Positions 11,301 through 24,328 of a DNA stretch of 64,000 nucleotides are shown here, piece by piece; the stretch's first letter is position 1, and each line of letters starts with the position of its first letter. The DNA is from Magallana gigas (taxonomy: Eukaryota), in the NCBI RefSeq assembly GCF_963853765.1, contig NC_088858.1:35526001-35590000 (forward strand), given 5' to 3'. The translations under genes were made by a program, and so were the position numbers. The notes beneath the pieces are model-generated. The model saw only the letters and a list, made by a program, of their open reading frames with translations, did no database searches and was not told the DNA's origin.

Positions 11301-14300
11301 TTTTAGTTTTGAAATTATTGATTTTATTTTTAAGAATGATGAATGTTAAGGTAAATATTTGTAGATACATTGTGTATTTATAAAACTGTCTTTTAAAAAT
11401 TACAAACAAGGAAGAAATGAAAAACCTCATTTAAAAAAATTACATTAATAAATTATAAAATCAAATGTAGACTGATGTCTGCACAAATGAACCATCAGTC
11501 AAGTATACATATCAGTGATTCAGTTGAACTTCGATATCTCAAACACTGATATCTTGAATACAATGGATATGTCAAATTGATTTGTAAATTCCAGCCACTT
11601 ATTTTCTTAGTATTTCACCCTCAATATCTCGAATACTGGGATATCTCGAAGTTTTTAAACAGTCCCATCTAGTTCAAGATAATGAAGTTTGACTGTATTT
11701 AGTTTTGACCAATGCTTCATCTATAATTACAAATATTGCTTGCAAGAAGTATTGTGGAGTAATATTAAAGATAATAAACTACGTACATATTTTGTTAATT
11801 TAAAACTGAATAATACCAGTAAGCATATTTCTTTGAATTTTTTTTATGAGTTTCTGTAGTGTACAGTATTTTCTCCAATATTTCAAAGGCACCAAGACAT
11901 GTTTTGGTTCTAAAACTGATTACATATAATACAATGTACAAATCCAGTACCTTTCTTTGCTTTGGCTATGTTTTCTTCAATTTCCTTGATTTCTTTTTGA
12001 ATGTTGCTTAATTTTTCCAGCTGTAAGTTTTATAAAATTAATTAATTCAATAGCATTTGATAATTTTACCAATAGAAATCTTTTTTTAAATACATGTATC
12101 CCTAAAATATAAATATTAATAATTGATTTTACCAGAGACTCGTAAGTCTCCACTTGGTTGTTAAGTTTTCCTGCTTTCTCCATTCTTTGTTTCCTTTTCT
12201 TTTCAATGTCTCCAGTTCTGTCCAGAAATGTATCATCATCACTGTCATAATAATCATCATCCTCCCAGTTCTTTTTCTTTCTCTTCCGACTTTCTGTAGT
12301 GAAAAATTCATGGAGTTCTTTAAATGACACTGATGATGCAAAATGGCATGAACATGTACATATATTTACATACATGTATTGAACTGCCCATCCACCTTCA
12401 CTTTTTACATTCACATTTTATCAATTGACCAACCAATTCATATCCCTGTGAACTTCTTGACATTGCTGTTTATTTCTTTAATGACTATATCTCAGTGGTA
12501 AGACATGATATATCAACTGTTCAGGATTGAAGGCTTGTGCCCTTACTCTACCACTCGTAACTTTTTCTATACAATCGCCACTTCTTCATATTTTCAGATT
12601 ATACAACTCAACTTCCATAACTTTGTAAATACAATTGTAAAATTTCTTTGATTACAAAGTATGAAGAACAGACATTGAACATCTTGAGGAAGACAACAAC
12701 ATTTGAAGCATATCGGGTTGAGGATCGGACCTTACCATGAGTTGCTGCCCTTAGTAGCCCCATTCTATCCAAGAGTCTACAAGCCTCCAAAGCACACTGA
12801 ATTACAGCTTCTTTCTTCTTCCCTGACACAATTGCTTCTGCCACCATTGCCTCCCCTGTGGGAGAGTCTACAGGTAATCTAAAGAGAAGAAAAATATTTA
12901 ACCATAAAGAATAAGTCTTGTTTTCATTTTTTTTTTTATCATAGTACAGAAATTTTGAGCAATTGTGGACTTACTCAACAATGCATTTAAATTTTCCATT
13001 GCCATTTTCTTGAACATTGTACTCTGGTTCATCATACCCTAAAACAGAAAATACATGATGCTAGCCAAACATTTTTTTTTAACTGATAACATCAGTATGT
13101 GTGCTTTTATGATGACCATATACTACTTAAACATTGAAAGTTTCTAATCTATTTGTCATTTTTTTCAGATAGTGATACCTTCTCTTTCAAAAAATCCTTT
13201 TAGTGCTTTTTTAGGATCATCTATATACAGCTTTTCATTCTCTGGGTTGTTGATGATGTTTGCAAAAGGGTTTTCACCTTCATCTTCCTCTGCATCATCA
13301 CCTACAAAATACATATAAAGAATATTTTCACCACTGATTGTATGTTTAGAAAAATTCAGCATATAAAATAGCTGATAGAAAAATGTAACCAGTTCTCAAA
13401 CTATTTTATTAATAAAATGGAATGTCTGTTTAAAATTTAGAGGGAAGAAATATGAATAGATCTTTAGTTTAAGTATATATGTAAATGCAACAAAAAATAC
13501 ATGTAATTGCATTTGGATTTGCCAATAACCGACTTAATTTATTTTCCAATTGTGGATTGTTTAAATTAGTGTTGTACCTGAATTGAGAAATAAAGTAAAG
13601 AACTATATACAATAAGAGTTAAATTTGGCCCCCATAATTCCCGATTTTTTAAGTGTTTCGGGTACAATAAAATGTTAACTAATTTTTTTTAGAAGAGTTG
13701 ATATAAAATATATTTTTCATCTATTTATTTGATTTATTTGCACTCACTGGCAGTATATGACGTCAGAAGTGACGCCATTTTTATAATTCAATCAAAATCA
13801 GCCAAAAATTGACATTTTTCTTTCTATTTACGAATGGGAAATATAGAGCGCATGCTTGAACAAGGAAAATTTTTTTTGTCAGTTATTAGTCTTGGCTAGA
13901 TACATGTCTGATTAAAATATTTTATTTGTTCAAGAATGCGCTCTATGTTTTCGGAAGGAAAAACTGCTTGAAAACAAGCTGTTTTACGCTAAAAATGCAA
14001 AAATGGCGGGAAAAGGTTGTCTTTACAATGTCGTATTTCTAAATTGTGGGCACTTGAACCAAAATGAATATTATGTAAACACATCAAATATATATCTGTA
14101 CTAAGAAATCAAAGAATGATAGTAAAATGATGATGTTCATTTTAGGGGGCCATTTTAGGCCCTTATCATATATAGTCCATTACTGAAGTTCTTTGCAAAG
14201 TTTTTTTTATAAAAAAAATGGGCACTCCAGACGATGATTAGCAGCTGAAAATAGAATGGAAAGGATGAAATGGGAAGGGAGAGTAAGTTAACTTTAAATT

Positions 14301-15463
14301 CTTGTTTATACCTATTCCCCAGGAACATCCTCTGGCTTCCTCTTTGGCTTTTAATTCCTGGATCTTCCTTTCTTCTTCAGCCTGTTCTGCTTGTCTTAGG
14401 AAATCTGCCTCTCTCTTTTGTTTTTCTCTCTGTTGTTTCATCTCCTCTACACTAAGATTTGACTCCTCTTCTCTATCATCCTCTGGTCCCTATGATCAGA
14501 ATATGTTTTCAATATGAATAAAGGTATGTATTTAGAATGTATTGTAACATTTGTAAATGTATTAGATTCATCTCCTCAAAAATTTATCTTTAGTACCTGT
14601 ATAAAAAATTATTAGTAGTAATTTGAAAGTTGGATACATGATAAACAGTTACCTAAAAAGAAAATGCCTTCCTTATCCATCAGCTTTTTCATCTACAATT
14701 TATTTTTGCCTCTTTAAAATATTTGCAACGGCATGATTCTTACCTGTAAAATATGTAATCTAGAACTCCCACCAAATTTCAGGACATGACCCACTCGAAT
14801 TCTGTAATATTTTTTAGGGTACACTTTGTTTTTGTTTATCCAGGTACCATGTGTACTGTCTAGATCATACAGATACCATCCCTTTTCTTGCTCTGGGGTG
14901 GGAGTCTTGCAGAACTGAACGACAGCATGGTGTCGAGACAACGACGGGTGTTCCATGGGGACATCACAGCTTGGCAGTCTTCCGAACACAATGAAGGATT
15001 TATCTAACTTAACATTGTCAATAATTGTCCCATTTTTCAACACTTCAAATCTATATTCCTCCTCAGCGATGCCACCCCATGAGGGTTCTTTGTAAGGGAT
15101 GGCAATCCGGGATTGTTGAAGCTGCTCAGCCGGTGATAGTTTACTGAGAGGCTTAGACAAACTGGGTGCAGTGTCTGGAGACTTATGTTCTACTGTATAT
15201 TTGTTTTCAGTTTCTTCTGTTTTATCAGATGGTTCTGATTTACTGTTCTCTTTTTTCAAAGCATTGTCCGTTGGCGTAGTAATGACGTTTTTATCTTCTG
15301 TCCATTTAGGTTTACTAAGAGGTGGTAAAATGGGAGTTTTGAAATTAATGGGAGAATCTTTTTCAGTATTGCTCTTTATTTTTTCGGAACTTGTATCCTT
15401 TTCTGGCTTTAAATCACATGTTTTTTCAACCGAAACTTCAACTGCCTGAACTGGGTCTTCCAT
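8361..15463 (-). CDS. SLC4A1AP: Kanadaptin (FHA domain, dsRBD-like region, acidic and coiled regions); 12 coding exons, exon 10 interrupted by a transposon
   Basis: Exons: 15463-14744, 14489-14312, 13301-13179, 13038-12975, 12878-12736, 12293-12133, 12020-11951, 11180-10991, 10827-10746, [10469-10167 + 9116-9033], 8774-8696, 8410-8361. All GT-AG and phase-consistent, giving 748 aa. FHA motifs FGR...HPSLSRHHA...DLDSTHGTWIN are present. The C-terminus EDPDYAVWVPPGNQSGDGKTHLNKKFGY matches the conserved kanadaptin end. Confidence 0.93.
9113..10166. mobile_element. Non-autonomous piggyBac-like element with TTAA target-site duplication
   Basis: TTAA at 9113-9116 and 10163-10166. 14-bp TIRs ctctt(t/t)(t/a)cccctta with one mismatch. 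A subterminal motif ccttaatg..ttttgacg..ggccatatccttaa occurs at both ends in inverted orientation. No transposase ORF. Confidence 0.85.
11521..11695. mobile_element. Tc1/mariner(pogo)-type MITE in SLC4A1AP intron 7
   Basis: Imperfect inverted ends cagttgaacttcgatatctc / agataatgaagtttgactg, followed by TA on the right. Confidence 0.55.
13600..14178. mobile_element. MITE with ~37-bp imperfect TIRs in SLC4A1AP intron 2
   Basis: gaactatatacaataagagttaaatttggccccc versus the reverse complement of gggggccattttaggcccttatcatatatagtcc. No clear TSD. Confidence 0.6.
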
Positions 15464-16170
15464 ATTGAATCACTGACGCTTACAACGTTAAGAAAAATAA
15501 TGACATTTTTTCTTTCCTTGATTGTATCAACACTTTAATTTAAGATAACTAAATGCAAAAAATAAATAAATATATTTATCTATAACGAATAACGACATTA
15601 ATAAATTTTATTTATGTGGATTAAAAAAAAATGATATAAGTGTCTTTAAAAAGATGATGCTACTAAAAACCCACAAAGGATGTTTTTTTATGCGTATAAA
15701 AATCGAAGTAAATCATAATTTATTTTTAATTACGAACAATTCATTCGATCTGATAAATAATCAAGTAATAAACAATTTAAATGATTAGATTACCTTTATA
15801 AAACAATAAAATAGATTATTTTGATAAACAATTAATCGCTTTTTAAACTATACTGGCATGCCAGTATATATCTGAAATACGCGTCAATAAAATGTCACAA
15901 AACATAAAACACGATATTTAAAGAGTAACACATTGTTATCATTCTTCTATAATCATCAAACCACAATAAAAAGATTTTTGATCCGCACCTCACTTTCACT
16001 CTGAAGGGAAGACAACCTCAGTTTTTCCCAATTTTTTGTCGTCACTTCCTGTTTGTCTCGGAGTAAAGAAATCGTCGATCATCATCGTTAGAATCAATGA
16101 CAACGAATTCCCAAAATGGTTTCATGACAATTAGGTATTAGTTGGGCGCATTTTTATACAATGACTCAGG
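15464..16170. promoter_or_regulatory. Probable divergent promoter region between SLC4A1AP and the kelch gene
   Basis: Head-to-head arrangement. An ETS-like cacttcctg lies near 16044, with candidate 5'UTR donors at ~16133 (ag/gtatt) and ~16169 (ag/gtaat). TSS positions are not determinable from sequence. Confidence 0.35.
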
Positions 16171-17001
16171 TAATTCACATCTTTGAATCCACGAAAGACC
16201 CCAATATGTGTATTGTGTTAGATACTATTCGATATTAAGAAATGCAAAGCCAATGGGCCTCATGGCTCGCTTGCTGTGAGAAAAAGCTCATCCCCTAAAT
16301 TGTAAATCAGTTATGTCTAAGCTCTATGATTTTGGCATTTGATGATCAAGAAATCGTTAAAATTGCAATATTTAAAAAGCTTATTTTGCCTGTTTTTATA
16401 TAAAGGTATTGCGTCAATGCTGAAAATAGTTTTAATCTGAAGAATGACTCATTTCTCTTCATCTTTCATGCTTTGCATTTCTGAAATACACAATTCATTT
16501 TCTTTTTCAATGTGAATATGTTACTAATGTTTAATTGCAAAAATTGGATCATCTGCATTAGGACTCGAAGCCAGCTTATAACCTCCTTAACAAATGGAGT
16601 ACATAATATACAATATACATAAAAACAGAGGGCAACAATCCATTCAATAATATATGGATAGTGGGTGAAGCAATCCACTCTACATTTACTGAAAACATTA
16701 TATAGTATTAATGATATATATCTTAAAATGATGATAAATAGAATTACATAGGTTATATGTAATCATCATCAGAACCCACATCATTTCTATTCTTTTAATA
16801 CACTGCTTTCAAGGATAGTAATGTAGCAGATAAAACAGAAGCATGATTCCCATTATGATGTGTAATTACTAATAGGCTCTGTAGCTCAAGTTGAACTCCA
16901 GTATAAATGATATACCAGTCTAAGTTACAAAAATTGGCATTGTAGTACAAAATAAACTTCTTTTTTGAGCAGTGACAGTCAAGAAGAGGAGGTTATGGCC
17001 A

Positions 17002-19225
17002 ATGCCTGTAAGCCAGGTCCAGCATTCCAATGCTAAGAGGATAAGGTTGGAGGACAGGATGGCAGAGGACAACCAAGAAAGTCCTGCCAATGGGGTGTAC
17101 CGGGTCGAGGAACGCCCGGAACATGGCATGAAGATCCTACAGGGGCTTAACAAACTGAAGAATGATAAGATCCTCTGTGATGTGACCCTCATTGCAGAAG
17201 GTGAAACAAATTAATGAGAAGTATAGAAAGAATTTAATAAAAGAAAAAAAACCATTTTTGATTTATTTCCTTGATTACCATCTTCCTTAGCCAAGGGCTT
17301 ACGATCCGCTCTTCTGTTCCTCTTGTAGAGGAGAAGAGCGGATTGTAAACCCTTGGCTAGCGAAGATGCTTGATTACATACATTGGTTATATATGGTGTG
17401 ATTGTTTATCTTAATGTAAACTTTAAAATGAAGTAGCCTATTGTCATATTTTTTATAGATCTAAGTAAATTGGCATACATTATTATTAAAAATCTTGTAT
17501 GGACTGAAAGATACCTCTGTTGTAGATACCAATGTTCAACTGCATTTTAGGTAATAGAATTATTGGATTGTTGTAGGTCATCGATTTGAGGCTCATCGAG
17601 TAATCCTAGTGTCCTGCTCTGATTATTTCCGATCCATGTTTACAAGTGGCATGAGGGAGAGCAACCAGCGAGAGATTGAGCTCAAGGGAATCACCTGCAA
17701 GGGACTGGAGAAAACACTGGAAATCATATACACCTCTACCACTACTCTGGAGGGGGATGACATCTTTGATGTAATTGCTGCAGCAACTCACCTTCAAGTC
17801 ACGCCCGTTATTGAATTCTGCGAGAGAAATTTTTTAAGCGGAATGAATGTTAATAATTTCTATGATTTCATCAACACGGCCAAATTGTACAGTATGACAA
17901 ATGCTCTAAAACAGATCGATGTTTTCATTGCGAGAAACCTGCGGGAGATCTCCAAAGAAGGAACACTGCATCTTTTAACCTATGACCAGATGGTGAACTG
18001 TCTTCACAGCGACAGACTTTGCCTGAAGGAGATAGAAATATTCCATATAACATGGGAGTGGTATAGACTCAATAGCACTCAGGATGAGCAGGCCAACCGT
18101 TTAATGAGTCTCATCAGATTCCCATTAATTAATCCCACTGACCTTGTACAGCATGTACAGGCAGTGGAAAAGATGATGGAAAAACCTGAACTAAGGCAAA
18201 TGGTGCTAGCTGCACTGAACTACCATGTTGTGCCCCATTCCCAGCCTCTTGATAACTCCATTAATACACAGCTCCGATGCTTCATGGAGAGACTTGCTAG
18301 TGTTGGAGGGAGAGAAATTCACCCAAATCCCTGCCTACATGATGAAATATTTGTATTTGATTCCAAAATCACTTCAAACAGTCTTTTGAACAGATCAGAA
18401 ATTGCTTCCTTGCCCAGTGCATTAAGCCACATGCAGGTTGTCGTGTACAATAACTTTCTTTATGTACTTGGTGGGTGCACCACCCAGTGTGCGCATGGTG
18501 AATCTGCTGTGAATTCAGTCATGCGATATGATCCCAGATTTGATAGCTGGTTCCAAGTGAGCCCCATGTTACATAAAAGAGCATACTTCTTTGCAGGTGC
18601 ATTGAATAATCGTATATATGCTGTAGGAGGAAAATTCAAAGATGGCAGTTTGGCCACAGCCGAAGCCTACAACCCTGCAGATAACACATGGGAGTTGATA
18701 GCTTCCATGCCGATGTCTTACCACGCTCATGCTGGAGCAGTGTATGGAGATCATATATACGTGTCGGGCGGTTATAGTGGTAACCACTTCACTCCAGATA
18801 TGCAACGGTATGATCCATCCAACAACCAATGGGAAGACATGGCAGCCATGTTGACTCCTCGAGGCTGGCATGTTATGTGTGCTGCTCATGATAAATTGTA
18901 TGTGTTTGGAGGCTGCAACTTGAATGTGAACCAGCAGGCACAACCTGTTATGCAGTCTGAGTGCTATGATCCAAGCACTGATCAGTGGACAATTATCAAC
19001 CCTTTATCCATTTCCCACAAGGAGGCCTCTTGTGTTGTGTACAATGACCAGATCTATGTGTTGGGTGGGTACAATGTTCAGACTAAGACAGGGCAAAAGT
19101 TGGTCTCTCGTTATGATATTTACACGGGGATTTGGGAGACAGTGGGAGCGCTTCCGAGAAGTCTGACAGGGGTGGGATACTGCACCTTGAAATTGCCCGA
19201 TTATCTTGGTAGTGATAAAGATTAA
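17002..19225 (+). CDS. BTB-BACK-Kelch protein (KLHL9/13/26-like), ~615 aa
   Basis: Exons 17002-17200 and 17577-19225 (phase 1 join gives CDVTLIAEG/HRFEAHRVILVSCSDYFRSMFTSGMRE). Kelch repeats carry GG and Y...W motifs (LYVLGG, IYAVGG, IYVSGG, LYVFGG, IYVLGG). The exact start ATG is uncertain. Confidence 0.9.
17279..17368. mobile_element. 90-bp fold-back MITE with perfect 9-bp TSD, in the kelch-gene intron
   Basis: catcttccttagccaagggcttacgatccgctcttct... pairs with ...agaagagcggattgtaaacccttggctagcgaagatg. The sequence cttgattac flanks it at 17270-17278 and 17369-17377. Confidence 0.8.
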
Positions 19226-20982
19226 ACGGTTATCTTTCATCCATTACATGAATTCTATATTACTAGTATCAGACTGTGTGAATTTGTTTTAGTTGAATTA
19301 AACAATTGGAGAAGAATGTGATCTTGTACATGTTAATACAAGAATTTGTGGTAGACCTATTTAAGAAATGTTTGTGAAAGAAATGTGAAGCAATTGTGTA
19401 AGCTTGTTAAGCAGTCTGTAGAACATTTTTTCACCTTTTCATAATTAATTTTTTTTATTTTGTAATTTTCATGTAGCTTATGATTTGATGTGAATGAATG
19501 CAACTACGTTCATATTGAATGCATGCATTAAGTAGTCCATCATGAGCATGATTTTTACATGTATAAAGAACATTTTAGGATTTTTGCATTTTGCATGGAT
19601 AAAGGTCATAGAAGAGAAAAATTCAATTTCATATATGTTAATGAGTACTTAATTAAGATGCAATTTGCATGTTTTCATGCAAAATACCCGTTGTGCATTT
19701 TATGATTCTATGTAATGTGGTACTTCCCTTTTTATATACACAATTTACTGGTACATGTGTACTATGATTTAGGGGGTTTTACTCACACTTTTACGTACTC
19801 ATCGTACTGTGTTACACCGATGCTTATGCACGTAATTTATAGGTAACACAAAAAAATTTTTTTTTTAAAGAGAATTGATTACAATTTTTCCAAATCAAAT
19901 CGAGAAGTATATAACATTCTTGAAAGTTGTATTTCGGTGTGGTTTAGTCTCCAAATGTTATTTGTAACTTGTGGAAAAAAAGAATTTCTTATTATAAGAT
20001 ATCAATATAATAGTGCTGTTATAAACTTTATCAGTCACATTCAAATTGGAATCAAAATTACATTTTCTGGAAAACAGATTCTGAAAGTAATCTAGCAATT
20101 TTGTCATCTTATGGTCCATAATGGAAATGATAAATTTTAACACTAGAATAAAATAAAAGCCTCAAATCTAACCGCTATTTAGGCCATGGAATCTTTATTG
20201 ATAGAGTGAATGATTGATCATTTCATAAAATTTATAGATATCATTTATAAAAAAACATGAATTTTATGATTTTACCTAGATATACCTGAGTGTATTTCTT
20301 GCAAGTGTAACAGTAGTGGTTTTGTTTTAACCTGAGGAATTTTGCAAGAGTAAAGTAATGTTTTGTTATGGTATGTCTTTTATGATGAGATACTGTGAAA
20401 CAAATAATGTTGCTATTAGTGTTTGACAGCTAAATGACAAACCATGTGATTTGTTATTTAAGAGATTTTGTTGACATGCATAAATTCAGTCAACTTTCAA
20501 TAAAGTTTTAAAAAGCTTTCAACAAGTTGTGTTCATCTATCTCTCAGTCATAAACTACATGTATATATATTTCACTTTCTTTGAGAAATGTGCAGTACAT
20601 GTAGAACATGTATGTATTGGGAAATATCTTTACAAAATAAAACTTTTTAAAATTATCAAAAATGCTGGTAGTTTTTGTATTCTGATCATGCAACTACTGG
20701 TATTGCCAAAGAATGTATTAATTCATGGCCTTGATCTTTTGATCTAAACACTAAATTGGGGGGGGGGGGTATTTAGAGGATAATTGTAGGCAGTTCTATT
20801 ATATTTGTGATGATTTGGAGTGGGAGAATTATGAAAACCTTTGTCATCTGGAAAATAGTAATAACACTATGAATTTCTGACCTTTACCTTTTCACCTCAA
20901 AATTTATGATATTTGTTAGGCCTACTTATATTTCTCTTTGCAATAAAGAGTTACAATAAATCAAATTAAATAAAAAAGGTGG

Positions 20983-21205
20983 GAGTCCAAGTAGCGTAGT
21001 GGACAATGCACTCGCTTATCACCTCTGCGATCCCCGCGATCAACAGTGGTTGTATGTAAAAGGATATGGTGGTCGCCCACTTGGACACGTGGGTTTTCTC
21101 CGGCCACTCCAGCTTCCTCCCACATCATTGACCCCTTGTGCAAACATTATTATAAGTTGTAGAACTTGTTTATCAATCGTTGTAAAATAAAGTTCAGTTC
21201 AAATT
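20983..21205 (+). mobile_element. tRNA-derived SINE with V-domain-like core
   Basis: A-box-like head gtagcgtagtgg, central gtgggttttctccggccactccagcttcctcccaca resembling the V-SINE domain, and tail ataagttgtagaacttg...aataaagttcagtt that is shared with 26130-26790. Confidence 0.65.
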
Positions 21206-21554
21206 ACCATAAATGCAAAATCAGAATCACAAGAACAGATGATGTCAAAGCAAGAAAGAAAAAGCTCCACTTGTTTTGAAACTATTTATTGGATCTTTAA
21301 TTACATAAATAGAAACACAAAAACAAAAGGTGTTTTATTTTTGTAAGACAATTCTTCCATTGAATAAGATACATCATTGACATCATTGACATCATGATCA
21401 TTGATGATAAAGATTTAAGTTTTATACATTTCAATTACTGGCACCTTGTAACTATTGTAACCAGAACATGTTGATCTTCACATTCTCAATATGTTCATTT
21501 ACCATTTGTACATGTATTTTCAAATGCAAGGAAAAACTTAATTATCATAAGCAG

Positions 21555-21769
21555 TACTGTAAATTCCTAATTAAACGCGAGAAAACAATATTAAATCGCG
21601 ATAAGCACATCTTGCGGATTTTAAAATCTTGCTTTAATTTTTGTACAGATGTAAACTATTTGGAATTATGATAAAAATTTGGTGTTTGCAGTTTTACATT
21701 CTCGCGATTTGATGCTAAACCGTTGAAATGCGGAATTAAGTACTCCGGTAAAATAAGGAAACTACAGTA
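21555..21769. mobile_element. TA-flanked MITE (Tc1/mariner type)
   Basis: tactgtaaattcct...aggaaactacagta inverted ends. Confidence 0.55.
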
Positions 21770-22433
21770 TACATTTAAGTGTGGAATGACAGAAAGTCTA
21801 GATAAGTGTATCTGTTACATATAGGCAGTGTGTTATGGTTTCACATTTCAAGAGATTTTTACTGAGTTTGGTGTAAGTGATTTGTAGCTACTAGTATTTT
21901 GAACAAAGCCAGATTTTAGTAAATAGATATCCACATATACATACACATGTTATTTGTGTAGTGAGTTTTATAGCTATACAATTTATACTAATTAATATAG
22001 ACTTGGTTGGAACAATTTACATTTTTTCATACTACAAAAACTTAAAACTAAGTTTACATGAGTAAACATTTGTTAGTTTAACTATCAAACTTTATTTCTT
22101 AAAAATTATAATTTTCTATCAATAAAATTATGATAAATATTGTATCTTCCAGTACATAACCAGGAATTTGAACAAAATTCAAACATAACATGTAGACTTG
22201 ATTACATTAAAATTACATATTAATATATATATGAAGTAAAAATGTATTGAGTCATACTACTCTATTGCCAATCAAATATACTGTAGAATATCAGAAATTG
22301 AATTATCCTACATTTATTAAATCCTTTTATTAGACTATGAACGAATAATCTCAAAAATTCTATTTTGAATTGTCACTTTTTTAAAAACATCACTTGCATA
22401 AAATGTAAAATTCATAAAAATGTTTAGTCAAAC

Positions 22434-23322
22434 TCATGAGTTATGACCTATCAAATTCTGGAGTTTATTTTTCCACTCATCTTCTGAGATATCGCTTGCC
22501 CAGGTTGGAATGTTGTTTTCTGGCAGCTTAATGGCCGACATTGTCTTTTTGATTTGTTCTGATTGGTCCTCATTGATCTGAATGTCTCTGTTCACTTGCT
22601 GATTCCAAAGAAGTTCCCCAGGGGAGGGTCTCGGTAGATCAGGTACCTGAAATACCCACAAACTATGTTGTAAATACTAGAGTATATGATAGTGTGTTTT
22701 TTCTACCAGAAAAATTTAAGTCCTACAGGCAAAAACAATTGGTTATACTTAATTAAACAGCATCCTAAGAAAAATCTATGTATTACATTGTAACACCTAT
22801 CTTTTAATTACAAAAATACTAAAGCAGAACTTTTCTTATCACGTCTCTTCAGATAATCACTGGTAAAGATACTTATACCCATAATACTTTAAAAAAGGTT
22901 TCCTAGGATATACCGGTACACTATGGCAGTAATATGATATGATAGATATACCCATCAACATTCAACTTCAATACCTTCATATAAGATGGCATGGTCCCTC
23001 CAGCAACAAACAGTCCTGATGGTAGTCTGCTAGCTTCATCCGCTGTTGTACTTCTCTCCACATCAGCATCCACTATAACTCCACTTGTATCCACTGACAC
23101 AGCTGGATCAGCAGTCTCTGAGGTATCTTCATCATCATCTGAATCTCCAATCGACTGCTGAAGCATCTGGTATCCACCATAACCCATATCTTCATCATCT
23201 ATCTCGCTATCAGAACTGTCCGCTATAATAATCTGATCAGGGACATCAACAGCATCCACCTCTTCTCCGTGACTATTTGGTTTTTCATTATCATCCGGTT
23301 GGGGTATTGGTGCCATAGGCAT
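22434..23322 (-). CDS. MEA1: Male-enhanced antigen 1-like protein, ~186 aa
   Basis: Exons 23322-22975 and 22646-22434, phase 0 GT-AG. The N-terminal half is acidic with GYQML. The C-terminal IKKTMSAIKLP...PTWASDISEDEW matches the MEA1 conserved motif. The start may be ATG 23322 or 23316. Confidence 0.8.
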
Positions 23323-24328
23323 TAGATTAAATAAGTCTTTTCTTCTAAAATTGTTATTAAAAGATTTGTGTATCACGTACGTACCTCATCAACAAAGGGA
23401 GTACAGTCATTTCTTTTTTTTTCTGACTTTGAGTCCAGATTTTTAAACATGTTAAAGATGAATTGATGTTAAACATATTTTATGGCTAAAAATGTCAAAA
23501 GGATTGATCAGAAGTTCTTTATATCTTAGACTGTCCTCTCCTTAATACAAATATCATATATTACACTCCCATACAAATAAATATAATGTAAGGTATAATA
23601 AAATACTTATTTTAAATGTCTGTGAACAAGTAGAACTTTTTAAAATATTTTTAAAGCAAATATTAAACGTACACTTGTAATCTTCTTTGATCTCTTGCCT
23701 TTGGGTTTTCAATTACAGTCCCTCTAAAAAGTCAAACTACTGTCTAAAAATGTAAAGTGAAAGTAGATGTGAAAGAAATAAACCGTACAGTCGCTCATTC
23801 GTTTTGTTACAAACCATAAATCATAGATATACTATGAATGATATATCTTTTACATGTGCTATTTTGTGTTATTTTGTTTAAAATATACTTAAAATTTAAT
23901 TAAAAGATTCCACGTTGCCTAAGATTTGAAACAACTTCTCTGTACACATTCTGGTACAATCTAACCAATTCCGAACTGAGAAAATGGGTCATGTCATAAA
24001 ATTTTCAGAGGTATTCAATGTTTATTTTTCCTCTATTTATGTTTATTAAAAGATTTTATGTACCACAAAAGCCATATCAATTAATTCTTAAAACTACAGA
24101 CTTACTTTTGTGCTCCTTTGCTGATGTTTTGTATCTTATGTGGAAACAATTGCAATATTATACCGAGGAAATTCAAGTTAACTTTGATTTTAGCGTGTGA
24201 CAAGTTCTCGTCCTGTATTATTTCTTGTCAGTGCATTATTACGTCACTTTTTCAACACAAAAAATTATATACTATTATACTAGTAAACGAAAATGACGAC
24301 ACAATGCACTGGCTAGAACAGTGTAGAA

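Noticed and set aside
17606-19240. Short overlapping and antisense ORFs within the kelch CDS (also those within the cGLR and the nested ORF)
   Set aside because: Shadow frames of real coding sequence with no recognisable motifs.
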